In this document: one piece after another, positions 37,994-47,438 of the stretch | Layout: each line of letters starts with the position of its first letter | Numbering within the stretch: position 1 is the stretch's first letter | IMG/VR virus record: IMGVR_UViG_3300027659_000031 | Coordinates: 3,085 to 67,084 of that record | Strand: one strand, 5' to 3' | Source: a virus | Length of the DNA stretch: 64,000 nt | Made by a program: the position numbers and the translations under genes | Notes under the pieces: generated by a model | What the model was told of the DNA's origin: nothing | The model's input: the letters and a program-made list of their open reading frames with translations, nothing else | Database searches by the model: none

Positions 37994-38991
37994 TGAGTAA
38001 GATCATAATAACAGATTCATCTTTAAGAGATGGCAATCACGCTGTAAAACACACCATCAATCTTGATCAAATAAAAACATATTGTCAATTTGCAGATCAA
38101 GCTGGTATTCCCATTATAGAAGTGGGACATGGCAATGGTTTAGGAGCTTCATCATTATTGATTGGGCAATCTCCATATACAGATACACAAATACTATCTA
38201 CTGCAAGAGAGAATCTTAAAACATCAAAGTTAGGCATCCATATTATTCCAGGAATTGCAACAGTTAAAAAAGATATTGAACCTGCAATTAACCTAGGAGT
38301 AGATGTATTTAGGATCGCAACGCACTGTACTGAAGCTACATTGTCTAAGTCTCATATAGAATATTTAAAGAGTAAAGATAAAACAGTATTTGGTGTACTA
38401 ATGATGAGTGCATTAGCTGATACTAAAACATTAGTAGAGAACGCAAAAATCATGGAAGAATACGGAGCGGAAGCCGTAATCATAATGGATTCAACAGGAA
38501 CATACTTACCAAAAGATGTTTATGAAAGGATAAGTGCGCTTAAAGATAATTTAAAAATAGATACTGGTTTTCATGCTCATGATAATTTAGGGTTAGCAAT
38601 AGCTAATTCATTAACAGCAGTTAATTATGGAGCTAAATACATCGATGCTTGTATTAGAGGTTTTGGAGCAGGAGCTGGCAACGCACATTTAGAAATGATA
38701 ATTCCGGTATTAGAAAAGAGTGGGTATAAAATAGATATAGACTTTCAAAAAGTTATTATAGAAGCTGATAGAGTTATGGAGTATCTAGTACCATCAGCAC
38801 CTATATCTACACCAGTTAATATCTTAACAGGATTAAATAGACTATTCTCAGGTTTTGAGAAGCCTATTATTAAAGCATCTAAATTATTTGGAATAGAATA
38901 CTCATCATTAATATTTGAACTTGGAAATAGAAAGTTAGTTGCTGGACAAGAAGATCTTATATTGGAGATAGCACAAAAATTAAAGAAATGA
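37993..38991 (+). CDS. mhpE: 4-hydroxy-2-oxovalerate aldolase, DmpG/MhpE family
   Basis: LRDGNHA, EVGHGNGLG, ATHCTEA, HAHDNLG, GAGAGN, GQEDLI. Confidence 0.9.
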   Translation: MSKIIITDSSLRDGNHAVKHTINLDQIKTYCQFADQAGIPIIEVGHGNGLGASSLLIGQSPYTDTQILSTARENLKTSKLGIHIIPGIATVKKDIEPAINLGVDVFRIATHCTEATLSKSHIEYLKSKDKTVFGVLMMSALADTKTLVENAKIMEEYGAEAVIIMDSTGTYLPKDVYERISALKDNLKIDTGFHAHDNLGLAIANSLTAVNYGAKYIDACIRGFGAGAGNAHLEMIIPVLEKSGYKIDIDFQKVIIEADRVMEYLVPSAPISTPVNILTGLNRLFSGFEKPIIKASKLFGIEYSSLIFELGNRKLVAGQEDLILEIAQKLKK

Positions 38992-39764
38992 AAATACTAA
39001 TCACAGGAGCAAATGGTTATGTTGGAAGTTCTTTATATAATGCTTTAAAAGATAAGTACGAAGTAACAACTTTTAATAGACAGAAGTTTGATTTAACAAA
39101 TTCAGTAAATACAAACTTCTATTTTAAATACAGTTGGTTTGATGTAGTTATTCATTGCGCTGTTGAAGGTGGACATAGACTAGAAGAAGATTCTTGGGAT
39201 GTAATGGATTCTAATTTAAAGATGTATTATAATTTATTACAGAATAGAAGTTCTTTCGGTAAATTAATACACTTTGGCTCAGGAGCTGAATATTTACAAG
39301 AAGATAAACCATATGGATTTAGTAAAAAAGTTATATCAAAGTCTATACAAACTCAAGATCAATTTTATAACCTAAGGATATATACAGTATTTGATGAATT
39401 AGAGTTAGATACAAGATTTATTAAATCTAATTTAAATAGATACGTAAACAAAGAAGACATGCAGATACACCAGAATAAGTATATGGACTTCTTTTATATG
39501 CAAGATCTAATTAAGATAGTAGATCATTACATACTCAATAACGATTTACCAAAACAAATTGATTGTAGATACGAAAATATTAAAAGCCTAAAAGAAATAT
39601 GTGAGTTTATAAATACTCTTGATGATTATAAAGTAGAAATACAATTCCAGCAACAAGGATTAACAAGCGGATATACTGGTTTTAATAAAAGTTTGGAGTT
39701 AGATTATATAGGACTTAAACAAGGGATAATTAATACATACAATAAATTAAAATGCAACAAATAA
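38988..39764 (+). CDS. NAD-dependent epimerase/reductase (SDR)
   Basis: GANGYVG, FGSGAEY, YGFSK. Confidence 0.75.
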   Translation: MKILITGANGYVGSSLYNALKDKYEVTTFNRQKFDLTNSVNTNFYFKYSWFDVVIHCAVEGGHRLEEDSWDVMDSNLKMYYNLLQNRSSFGKLIHFGSGAEYLQEDKPYGFSKKVISKSIQTQDQFYNLRIYTVFDELELDTRFIKSNLNRYVNKEDMQIHQNKYMDFFYMQDLIKIVDHYILNNDLPKQIDCRYENIKSLKEICEFINTLDDYKVEIQFQQQGLTSGYTGFNKSLELDYIGLKQGIINTYNKLKCNK

Positions 39765-41035
39765 GCTTTGTAACAAATACAGGAGCAGACACTTTAGAAT
39801 ATACAAAGTTGTTATTAGACTCTTTAAAAATTAATCTAGTTGGTAAAGAACATGAGATTATAGTCTTCATAGATAAAGATAATGACGGTACATATGATTA
39901 TCTTAAGAGTATTAAGAAAGACTTCTACGATCTAAAAATAGTCACACATAAATTAAAAGGACCTGTAGGATATCAAAGAAACTCAAACTTACTTGTTGAT
40001 ATAGCTAAGCATGATATTGTAAGCTATCTTCAATCTGATATGGTTATAGGTCCTAATTATGATGTTAACGTTCTATCTGAACTACAAGACAATTGCATAC
40101 TATCTTCTACTAGAGTAGAACCTCCATTACATGGATATTCTGATTATACTATAACGTATGATTTTGGAACAGATCCTACAGTATTTGATATGGATAAGTG
40201 GAATAAGTATTCTGAAATAGTAAAAACAAGTCAAGCCGCAGAATACTTCTTTGCTCCAATAACATTCTATAAAAAAGTATGGCAAAGTATTGGTGGCTAT
40301 GATACAATATTTAGAAGATCAAGAGAGGACTCTGACTTTGTTCAAAGGTGTATTCATGCTGGAATAAAAATGATACAAACTTGGCAAGCTAATGTATACC
40401 ACTTTACTTGTGTAAGTTCTAGAGGAAAAAACTGGTTTGATGAAAACAATCAAAAAGCAAAAGATAGAGTTGAACTACAGAAGATAGCTGACGGAATAGA
40501 GATTAGAAGGTTTTTAAAGAAGTGGGGAGGGTTTAATCATGGTGAACAGAAGTTAAAGAAAATGGATATAGATCTTGTAATAAAAGATAACAAGCAGCTA
40601 AACCCTTTATTCGTAGCTCAGTTAGAAGTATATTCATCAAGAGTGTGGTTAAGATCTCAAGACTATATAAATACCATGATGCAGACTTTCAGCAATGAAC
40701 AAGATCCTGCTAATCAACTTTTAGGATATGAAAAAGAAGGTTGGGAAGAAGCTAAGCATTTATTTAGAACTACCAACTTTCAGGATATCTATAGAGTGGG
40801 TGAACCAATAGACTTTAATGTAAAAATAGAGATCGATTTTACTAATGTAGATCCAGCACAAGACGAATTCATACAAAACGTAACGCGCTTGGGCGACATT
40901 ATAGAAGCTCAAGAACCAGGAATATATGAATTAGGATCTGCTAAAATAGAGATCAGAAACATTGTGGATTTAGCCAAGGATCAAATAATTATACAGAATC
41001 CACAGTTTGATTATTCATTATTAACCATAGAGTAA
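39752..41035 (+). CDS. GT2-like glycosyltransferase
   Basis: D..DGT, LQSDM, IGGYD..F...REDSD, YHF. Confidence 0.75.
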   Translation: MQQISFVTNTGADTLEYTKLLLDSLKINLVGKEHEIIVFIDKDNDGTYDYLKSIKKDFYDLKIVTHKLKGPVGYQRNSNLLVDIAKHDIVSYLQSDMVIGPNYDVNVLSELQDNCILSSTRVEPPLHGYSDYTITYDFGTDPTVFDMDKWNKYSEIVKTSQAAEYFFAPITFYKKVWQSIGGYDTIFRRSREDSDFVQRCIHAGIKMIQTWQANVYHFTCVSSRGKNWFDENNQKAKDRVELQKIADGIEIRRFLKKWGGFNHGEQKLKKMDIDLVIKDNKQLNPLFVAQLEVYSSRVWLRSQDYINTMMQTFSNEQDPANQLLGYEKEGWEEAKHLFRTTNFQDIYRVGEPIDFNVKIEIDFTNVDPAQDEFIQNVTRLGDIIEAQEPGIYELGSAKIEIRNIVDLAKDQIIIQNPQFDYSLLTIE

Positions 41036-41059
41036 GATATTTATATATAAAAAGATTAA

Positions 41060-41371
41060 ATGGAAGCTGTTAATCCTAGATTCAACATAACTGTAGGCGG
41101 TAAAAAGTATGCACTTCAATTCGATGTAAATGATAATCCTACCAAGAAAGGTGTTAAGATGCAATTTATATTAGACCAGGAGTTCGAAGATCCTAGAGAT
41201 AAACAAATGCTGGCTAATGAGATATCTGTAGTATTGCAGAAAAGATTTGGTGCATCTGGTATAATGATTGACTATGATGATCGTAACCCATACAAAAATG
41301 TCATAGGGTTCATAGTACCTTTAAATTCTGTGGCTACTATGTTAATTAAAGCTTTAAAAGGAGGCGGATAA
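41060..41371 (+). CDS. hypothetical phage protein
   Basis: Preceded by GATATTTAT (41036-41044). Confidence 0.6.
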   Translation: MEAVNPRFNITVGGKKYALQFDVNDNPTKKGVKMQFILDQEFEDPRDKQMLANEISVVLQKRFGASGIMIDYDDRNPYKNVIGFIVPLNSVATMLIKALKGGG

Positions 41372-41388
41372 ATAAAACCTAACTAGTT

Positions 41389-41748
41389 ATGAAAAAAAGA
41401 GTTGTGAGAGCATTGTTTGATCAGCCTGAATTTTTATTATCTGAAGATATTGCAAGATCTGAGATATTAAAAGAACTTCTTAAGATACACACTCCTGATT
41501 CTATAGAGGATGCGATCATCAATAGCAAGATATATGCTTGTGTATTTGAGATAAATGATACGAATCACCATATAGAGATTCACAAGAACCACTGGATTCA
41601 GGCATTAGAAACATGTTTACTTTGGTATGTTGAAGATGAGAACTATGAGATGTGCAATCACATAAAGAATATCATACAATCTATCAAAGATAAAAGTAAG
41701 ATAACTAAAGTATCTACTAAAAACAAAAAAGATGGAGAAAGATTATAA
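41389..41748 (+). CDS. hypothetical protein (ENYE.C, UVR-like C-terminal motif)
   Basis: 119-aa ORF, GTTATG start. Confidence 0.6.
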   Translation: MKKRVVRALFDQPEFLLSEDIARSEILKELLKIHTPDSIEDAIINSKIYACVFEINDTNHHIEIHKNHWIQALETCLLWYVEDENYEMCNHIKNIIQSIKDKSKITKVSTKNKKDGERL

Positions 41749-42139
41749 ACAAATACAATTAGGAGTGGATTCTATAATAGGTACTAAGACTATCATAAGA
41801 AGAAAAAAGAAGTCTACAGCAGATAAAAAAAGGGAGTTGTTCTTTAATGTCATAAATGGTATTGATGAACTTAATGTTAGACAGAATATAATGTATGGAG
41901 ATCTCAGTTTAGACTTTGCAGACTATGATGAGAAGTTTTTTAACGTTATAGACATGCTAATATATATGCATTTTGGTAAGCAGTGCACAGAGCTTATTGG
42001 CTTTTACTTATATGAAAGAATAAATCCAGGCGGAACCATCAATCCAGTTATAGTAAATGATAACGAAGAAGTACTATTAGAAACTCCTTATGATCTATGG
42101 AATCTAATATGTAAAGTAAACCCAAAAGTAGATGAGTAG
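41732..42139 (+). CDS. hypothetical protein
   Basis: 135-aa ORF overlapping neighbours. Confidence 0.6.
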   Translation: MEKDYKQIQLGVDSIIGTKTIIRRKKKSTADKKRELFFNVINGIDELNVRQNIMYGDLSLDFADYDEKFFNVIDMLIYMHFGKQCTELIGFYLYERINPGGTINPVIVNDNEEVLLETPYDLWNLICKVNPKVDE

Positions 42140-42890
42140 AGTAGCACCATTTTTTACTAAAGATAATATGGCCAGAGATAAAAGGCCAGAATCTTGGTGG
42201 AATAAAGGACTTCAATTAACTGAAGCACAGTTAAGAGAGGCTATGGCAAATACTCGTAGTAATAAAGAAGCTGCGAGATGGTTAGGTATTACAGATATAA
42301 CCTATAAGAAATACTCTAAGAATACTTTTGATGAAGCAACAGGTAAGAGTTTGTTTCAACTTCATATGAACCAATCAGGAAAAGGAATGCCAAAAAACTG
42401 GGCTGGTGGTAAATGGAAAAAAGATCTTAATGATATGTTAATAGAGAATCAACCAATCAACTCTAAGAAAATACTAAGGTTGAAAGAATTATTAATGCAA
42501 GATGGCAGATTGGGATTTAAATGTTCTGGATGTGAATTTTGTGAGAAGAGATTATCTGATATGAAAGTTCCTCTCCTACTTAATTTTAAGAATGGCAAGA
42601 AAAGTGATTGGCGTATAGAGAACTTACAATGGCTTTGCTACAATTGTTATTTCCTTTTCATAGGTAATCCATTTACTAACAAGATGTTAGAAAGAATAGA
42701 ATCAACTCCATTTGATACAATAGAAATAAAAGAGGAAGTGCAAGAGTTATATCAGCTCGATGACTTTTATTATCAACATTTGAAAAAATTAGGTCTAGAT
42801 GATCATGGAGATATATTATTCAAGCCTGAAGATATAATTGACTACAAAGATATTGATGACGGATCGGAATTTATTGATATTCGTACATAA
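42132..42890 (+). CDS. HTH plus degenerate HNH/zinc-finger protein
   Basis: SNKEAARWLGI HTH; CSGC..PLLL..NG..D.R.ENL..LCYNC, HNH-like but lacking catalytic His. Confidence 0.6.
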   Translation: MSRVAPFFTKDNMARDKRPESWWNKGLQLTEAQLREAMANTRSNKEAARWLGITDITYKKYSKNTFDEATGKSLFQLHMNQSGKGMPKNWAGGKWKKDLNDMLIENQPINSKKILRLKELLMQDGRLGFKCSGCEFCEKRLSDMKVPLLLNFKNGKKSDWRIENLQWLCYNCYFLFIGNPFTNKMLERIESTPFDTIEIKEEVQELYQLDDFYYQHLKKLGLDDHGDILFKPEDIIDYKDIDDGSEFIDIRT

Positions 42891-42916
42891 CTTATTGGTT
42901 TTCAATCACTTATGCA

Positions 42917-43089
42917 TAACTAATTGATAATCAATCAGTTAGGTATTTTACACATTTTTTAGTACTTTTAATGATTCTTTGAAGATTCTTCAATAGATCT
43001 TATCTTTTATTAAACAAAACAAAAAGTTTTAAAAAAGACTACAAAAAAGTGCTCTGGATCAAAAATAGTTAGTATATTTACAATGTAAC
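42917..43089 (+). repeat. ~175-bp dispersed promoter cassette, copy 1
   Basis: TAACTAATTGATAATCAATCAGTTA palindrome, TTGAAGATTCTTCAA palindrome, AAACAAAAAGTTTTAAAA..TCAAAAATAGTTAGTATATTTACAATGTAAC. Confidence 0.85.
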
Positions 43090-43103
43090 GAACAATAAAG
43101 AAT

Positions 43104-43466
43104 ATGACTATTAAGATCTTCGTTTTCAACTACCTGACCCACGAGACAATCATTGACAGTACAATCGAAGTCAACGGAGACTATGCAATTGCAGAAGCCA
43201 ACCATGAGGCTTTTAGGGAATTATTTCCTGACTGTCAAGTTAACTTCGTTATTGACAATGACAATTTTATGATGAGTCCGCCTCTGAATCAAGAAAAAGA
43301 CGAGATAGCTAATGAAGAGGGTCGTATGACTTGGGACGAGTATATGAATAAATGGCATAGAGGACCGTATGAAAGCGATAGCGATATGCCTGATGATGAG
43401 ATCGAGCGTCAAATTGATGATCTTCTTGAGACCGATTGGAATGAGCGCGACTCAGTTTGCCATTAA
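43104..43466 (+). CDS. acidic hypothetical protein (early-type)
   Basis: First gene after cassette 1. Confidence 0.65.
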   Translation: MTIKIFVFNYLTHETIIDSTIEVNGDYAIAEANHEAFRELFPDCQVNFVIDNDNFMMSPPLNQEKDEIANEEGRMTWDEYMNKWHRGPYESDSDMPDDEIERQIDDLLETDWNERDSVCH

Positions 43467-43606
43467 TCAACTAAAATCAAAGCTATGTCTAAATTTATAC
43501 TCTACAAAGATCTTATCAAAATGGCTCATAGATTAGGAATTACCACTAAAGGATTAACTTATAGCCAAATCTTAAAGCACGTAAACGCAGCTAAAAATAA
43601 ATAGTT

Positions 43607-44044
43607 ATGCAAGAAACAATTACCAATCAAGTCATTAAGCAAGGAGCCGCAGTGCAACTAAATAACGACACTAACAATTGTACTGTATTAGCTTTGGCAG
43701 CCACAATAGGAGCGTCTTATGATGAAGCCTACAATATTGCTAAAAATATATGGCTAAGAAAAAGCAAAAAAGGTGTGCGCACAAATACTTTAGACGCTTA
43801 CTTCACTAAAACACTTCGTGCACATAAAATGGGTACCAAAAAAGTGTATCACATTAAACATAGCAACAAAGAAGTAGTGTGTAAGATGACAGTAGGTACC
43901 TTTGCCAAAGAATATCCTATAGGCAATTATTACGTATTAGTATCAGGTCACGCATTAGCAATTAATAATGGTAAGATCTTAGATCACGCAAATCTTCTTC
44001 TAAAACCTAAACGTATCGTCAAACATGCGTGGAAAATAAAATAA
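43607..44044 (+). CDS. hypothetical protein, possible papain-like (Cys-His-Asp) fold
   Basis: NNCTVLALA..YDEAY and GHALAINNGKILD. Confidence 0.5.
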   Translation: MQETITNQVIKQGAAVQLNNDTNNCTVLALAATIGASYDEAYNIAKNIWLRKSKKGVRTNTLDAYFTKTLRAHKMGTKKVYHIKHSNKEVVCKMTVGTFAKEYPIGNYYVLVSGHALAINNGKILDHANLLLKPKRIVKHAWKIK

Positions 44045-44049
44045 AAGTT

Positions 44050-44319
44050 ATGGAATATACAAAAAGAGACTTACAAAATTTAGACACGATCGAACAAGCT
44101 TGGGACGGAGATGAACTTAAGATAGAAGAGCCAGGTTATAAAGTATGGCTTACACATCCTGAGAATAGAAAATATAATGGCGACTATACAGTTGAAGTAT
44201 TAGTCAATGGTAAATGGGAACAACAATCATGTTTATTTGATTTTGAATATAAAAATCTTCCATACATGAAAAGTTGTGCATATAGCGGATTACCTTCAGT
44301 TAGATCATATAATAAATAA
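44050..44319 (+). CDS. hypothetical protein with C-terminal CxYSGL peptide
   Basis: AAAGTTATG start at 44050. Confidence 0.6.
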   Translation: MEYTKRDLQNLDTIEQAWDGDELKIEEPGYKVWLTHPENRKYNGDYTVEVLVNGKWEQQSCLFDFEYKNLPYMKSCAYSGLPSVRSYNK

Positions 44320-44331
44320 AAAATAAAGGTT

Positions 44332-44631
44332 ATGAAGTTTAAACAAAATGAAAATGCGCCAGCCGGTACTTCTTTTTTTGGTACCACTTTAAATGCCTCA
44401 GTTAATGAATTAATCCAGATCTTTGGAGAGCCTACTTTTGAAGATAATACAGGAGAAGACAAAGTAAATTTTGAGTGGGATATTGAATGCCAGGATGGAA
44501 CTGTGTTTACTGTATATGACTGGAAAGAATACAGATCTATCGGTCTAGACAAACAAATAGAGTGGCATATAGGAGGCATGAGTGGAGCAGATACAGAAAA
44601 AGCAAAAAGAGAAATTAATAATATAAAATAA
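44332..44631 (+). CDS. conserved-type phage hypothetical protein
   Basis: FGEP..DKV.FEW..FTVYDWK..WHIGG pattern. Confidence 0.65.
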   Translation: MKFKQNENAPAGTSFFGTTLNASVNELIQIFGEPTFEDNTGEDKVNFEWDIECQDGTVFTVYDWKEYRSIGLDKQIEWHIGGMSGADTEKAKREINNIK

Positions 44632-44636
44632 AAGTT

Positions 44637-44864
44637 ATGGCAATTAAAACAAAACAGAGATTAATAAACAAGTCAACTATAGAGATTGACCTCACAGGAC
44701 CACAAGGAAACGCGTTTTACTTATTGGGCACAGCAAGTAAATTAGCAAAACAATTAGGGCTAAACAGCGCATTGATTCAATCAGAAATGACTAGCGGAGA
44801 CTATAAGCATTTGATTAAAGCATTCGATAAACATTTTGGAGAATTTGTAACACTTTATAAATAG
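44637..44864 (+). CDS. conserved-type phage hypothetical protein
   Basis: IDLTGPQGNAF..M.SGDY..L..FD..FG pattern. Confidence 0.65.
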   Translation: MAIKTKQRLINKSTIEIDLTGPQGNAFYLLGTASKLAKQLGLNSALIQSEMTSGDYKHLIKAFDKHFGEFVTLYK

Positions 44865-44882
44865 ACAATAAAAATCAAAGTT

Positions 44883-45242
44883 ATGACAAATCAAGAAGCA
44901 AAGCAATTAGCAACAGAGATCATAGGAGATGGCAAAAGTCCAAACAAGTTCTTTGTAACCTCAGGACCATACTACTTTGAAGTAGATGAATACGGAAATA
45001 GAGATGCAGTTCTTTTAGACGGGTATACTGGAGACAATACTGCTACTCAAGCCTTTGACACACTAAAAGAAGCAGAAGATTATTATAATGATATCGAGCT
45101 TGACATCTATGATGGTATTGCTCAAGTTATGATTGAAGATAGAAAGTCTGGAGTTATCAAAGAAAAAACTCTTGAAAAGATAATTCGAGTAGAGTACAGT
45201 ATGACTGAAATAGACGACACAAAACTTTTTGGATATAAATAA
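44883..45242 (+). CDS. hypothetical protein
   Basis: AAAGTTATG start. Confidence 0.6.
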   Translation: MTNQEAKQLATEIIGDGKSPNKFFVTSGPYYFEVDEYGNRDAVLLDGYTGDNTATQAFDTLKEAEDYYNDIELDIYDGIAQVMIEDRKSGVIKEKTLEKIIRVEYSMTEIDDTKLFGYK

Positions 45243-45504
45243 AAATAAAATGAAAGTCAAAAATCTTATAGAAGTCCTTAGTCAATATGATGCTGAGCTT
45301 CCTGTATTAGTAGAAGGTTATGAGGGAGGCTGCAATAATGTTGATCTAATTGAAGAGATAGAAGTTATAAAAGACGTGAACACTGAATGGTATTATGGAA
45401 GCCACGAAAAGGTTCAAAATCTACATGAGAATGTAATTAGTGACTTTGCAAAAAAAGGAAAGCTTCCATCAAAAGGATTATTAATAACAGCCATTAAATT
45501 TTAA
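45229..45504 (+). CDS. hypothetical protein (true start probably MKVKNL)
   Basis: MKV..LIE.L..Y...V...GYEGG pattern. Confidence 0.55.
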   Translation: MDINKNKMKVKNLIEVLSQYDAELPVLVEGYEGGCNNVDLIEEIEVIKDVNTEWYYGSHEKVQNLHENVISDFAKKGKLPSKGLLITAIKF

Positions 45505-45506
45505 AA

Positions 45507-45731
45507 ATGAATAAAGAGATTAAAATAAAAAGTAGTTGCATACCAAATGAGTCTATAGATATTAATGAGTGGTGTAAAATGTTTAAAGTAGGTAGTAGAG
45601 TAGATAAGTACAAAGGACAAGATCGTAGTGGCTTTCTAAACTCTCAATATAACTTTCAAAAACTATTCAAGTCTACTGAGGAATTAGGTTTTATTGACAG
45701 ATTAAAAAGTCTTAAATTAGTAAACTTATGA
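45507..45731 (+). CDS. hypothetical protein
   Basis: 74-aa ORF in operon. Confidence 0.5.
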   Translation: MNKEIKIKSSCIPNESIDINEWCKMFKVGSRVDKYKGQDRSGFLNSQYNFQKLFKSTEELGFIDRLKSLKLVNL

Positions 45732-46051
45732 TAATCGTTCATAGCTTTCAAGTTCCTTTCTTTTGGACTGATGGAGTAGGTCCTTATGTCATCGAGGATG
45801 GTAATAGAAGAGATCTTCCAAGTGGAACCACTAGAAAAGATATTAAGTGGTTCAAACGCCCATATCCAGGAGGTAAGAATGAAGCATTTAAAATCGATCT
45901 AGATTGGGAAGTTCAAGGATCTGATAATAAAAAATATAGTGTAGCTTTATATGAAGACTCATGGTCCTGTAATTGTTATTCGTATAAATTTTCTGGAAAC
46001 AAAAGAAGCTGTAAGCATATAGAAGAGATCAAGTCTTCATATTTATCATAG
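45728..46051 (+). CDS. SWIM zinc-finger protein
   Basis: V.GS...Y.V..WSCNC..F....CKHI. Confidence 0.75.
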   Translation: MIIVHSFQVPFFWTDGVGPYVIEDGNRRDLPSGTTRKDIKWFKRPYPGGKNEAFKIDLDWEVQGSDNKKYSVALYEDSWSCNCYSYKFSGNKRSCKHIEEIKSSYLS

Positions 46052-46076
46052 GATCCCTTAACTTAAAAGGCTTACT

Positions 46077-46670
46077 ATGAACAAAAAGACTAAAGACTTT
46101 ATCAAATATGTCAAGAGTGAGTGTAAGGAGTACGGAGTTAAATGTGATCTACGAAATACGAAGTACGTTAAACTATCAGAAAATATAAAGTGCTCAGGAT
46201 ATTTTGACGAAGAGGTTCCGGTTTTAGTTTGTTCAATGAATAGGCCAGACGCAATAGAAATTCTTGCACATGAATTCTGCCACCTTACACAATGGGTAGA
46301 TCAAATCGATCTTTGGAAAGGTTGTAATGTTTCTATGCCACTAGTTGACGATTGGTTAAGTGGCACAGAGGTTCATAATATAAAGAAGCACTTGGGAGTT
46401 TCTAGAGATCTTGAATTAGATAATGAGAAAAGATCAGTGAGATTAATTAAGAAGTTTGATCTGGACATAGACATAGACCATTACATTAGAAAGGCTAACG
46501 CGTACGTGTTTTTTTATAACAGACTATTGGCTACTAGGAAATGGGCAACTCCTCAAAACAGTCCATATACAAATGAAAGGATAATAGAAAAAATGCCCAG
46601 ATACTTTAGGGCAGATTATTCAATAACACCAAAAAGAATTGAGAAGGTATTTATACAAGAAAACTTATAG
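46077..46670 (+). CDS. HExxH metallopeptidase-like protein
   Basis: ILAHEFCH..LELDNE. Confidence 0.6.
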   Translation: MNKKTKDFIKYVKSECKEYGVKCDLRNTKYVKLSENIKCSGYFDEEVPVLVCSMNRPDAIEILAHEFCHLTQWVDQIDLWKGCNVSMPLVDDWLSGTEVHNIKKHLGVSRDLELDNEKRSVRLIKKFDLDIDIDHYIRKANAYVFFYNRLLATRKWATPQNSPYTNERIIEKMPRYFRADYSITPKRIEKVFIQENL

Positions 46671-46672
46671 TC

Positions 46673-47062
46673 ATGACAGATCAAATAAAGCCCACAAGAA
46701 AACACGTTAATCAGATATTTGAATGGTGCATTAAACATTATGGCAAATCTACATTCAATAAAACTGTCCCTGTTATTGAGTTTAAAAAGCAGGACTATTA
46801 TACAGAAGGATGTATGGCATTTTATGATGAGATAGATTCAGTCATATATATTAATAAGGATCAGAATGATAACCTGCCTGAATTAGTAAATAGCGTTATA
46901 CATGAATATGCTCACTACAAACAAAACATGAAACATTATCAGATACTTAGTTTATATCTATCAGATAGTAAAAATCCTATGGAAATAGAAGCCAATAAAA
47001 TTGCTAAAAAAGATACAAAAAAATGCCTTAAAGAGGTATTTAATATAACAACTTCCAAGTAA
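46673..47062 (+). CDS. HExxH metallopeptidase-like protein
   Basis: IHEYAHYKQ..NPMEIEA. Confidence 0.6.
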   Translation: MTDQIKPTRKHVNQIFEWCIKHYGKSTFNKTVPVIEFKKQDYYTEGCMAFYDEIDSVIYINKDQNDNLPELVNSVIHEYAHYKQNMKHYQILSLYLSDSKNPMEIEANKIAKKDTKKCLKEVFNITTSK

Positions 47063-47147
47063 TATTAATATTTATTGTTATGTTATATCTAAATGTTTTA
47101 TAAAGGTATTATATAAAAATATTTAGCTCAGTAAATTAAAATTAAAA

Positions 47148-47438
47148 ATGATATTACTTCAAGTAGTAGAGGCATCTGGAATTAGAGATTATTTTCTACA
47201 GTACGGTGTTTTAGGACTCCTAGCATTTCTTTTAGGATACTTTGCTTGGACTCAGTATCAAAGATTAATAAAAAAGAACGACGCTTTAGAATTTAAAGTA
47301 GACAAATTGCAAGACGAAATGATGCAATTGTTAATTCAGGAGAGAGATAGAATGGCTTACTTAATCAAGGAGAATACACAAGCGTTAAAAGATCTTCAAA
47401 ATACCATACTTACTTACATGGTTAAAAACAATGAGTGA
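47148..47438 (+). CDS. single-TM coiled-coil protein (BhlA/UviB holin-like)
   Basis: QYGVLGLLAFLLGYF TM followed by coiled coil. Confidence 0.5.
   Translation: MILLQVVEASGIRDYFLQYGVLGLLAFLLGYFAWTQYQRLIKKNDALEFKVDKLQDEMMQLLIQERDRMAYLIKENTQALKDLQNTILTYMVKNNE

Noticed and set aside
37145-38991. dmpF/dmpG as an aromatic meta-cleavage (pollutant degradation) auxiliary pathway
   Set aside because: No dioxygenase, hydrolase or hydratase; genes are translationally coupled to a ThDP enzyme and SDR within a sugar cluster
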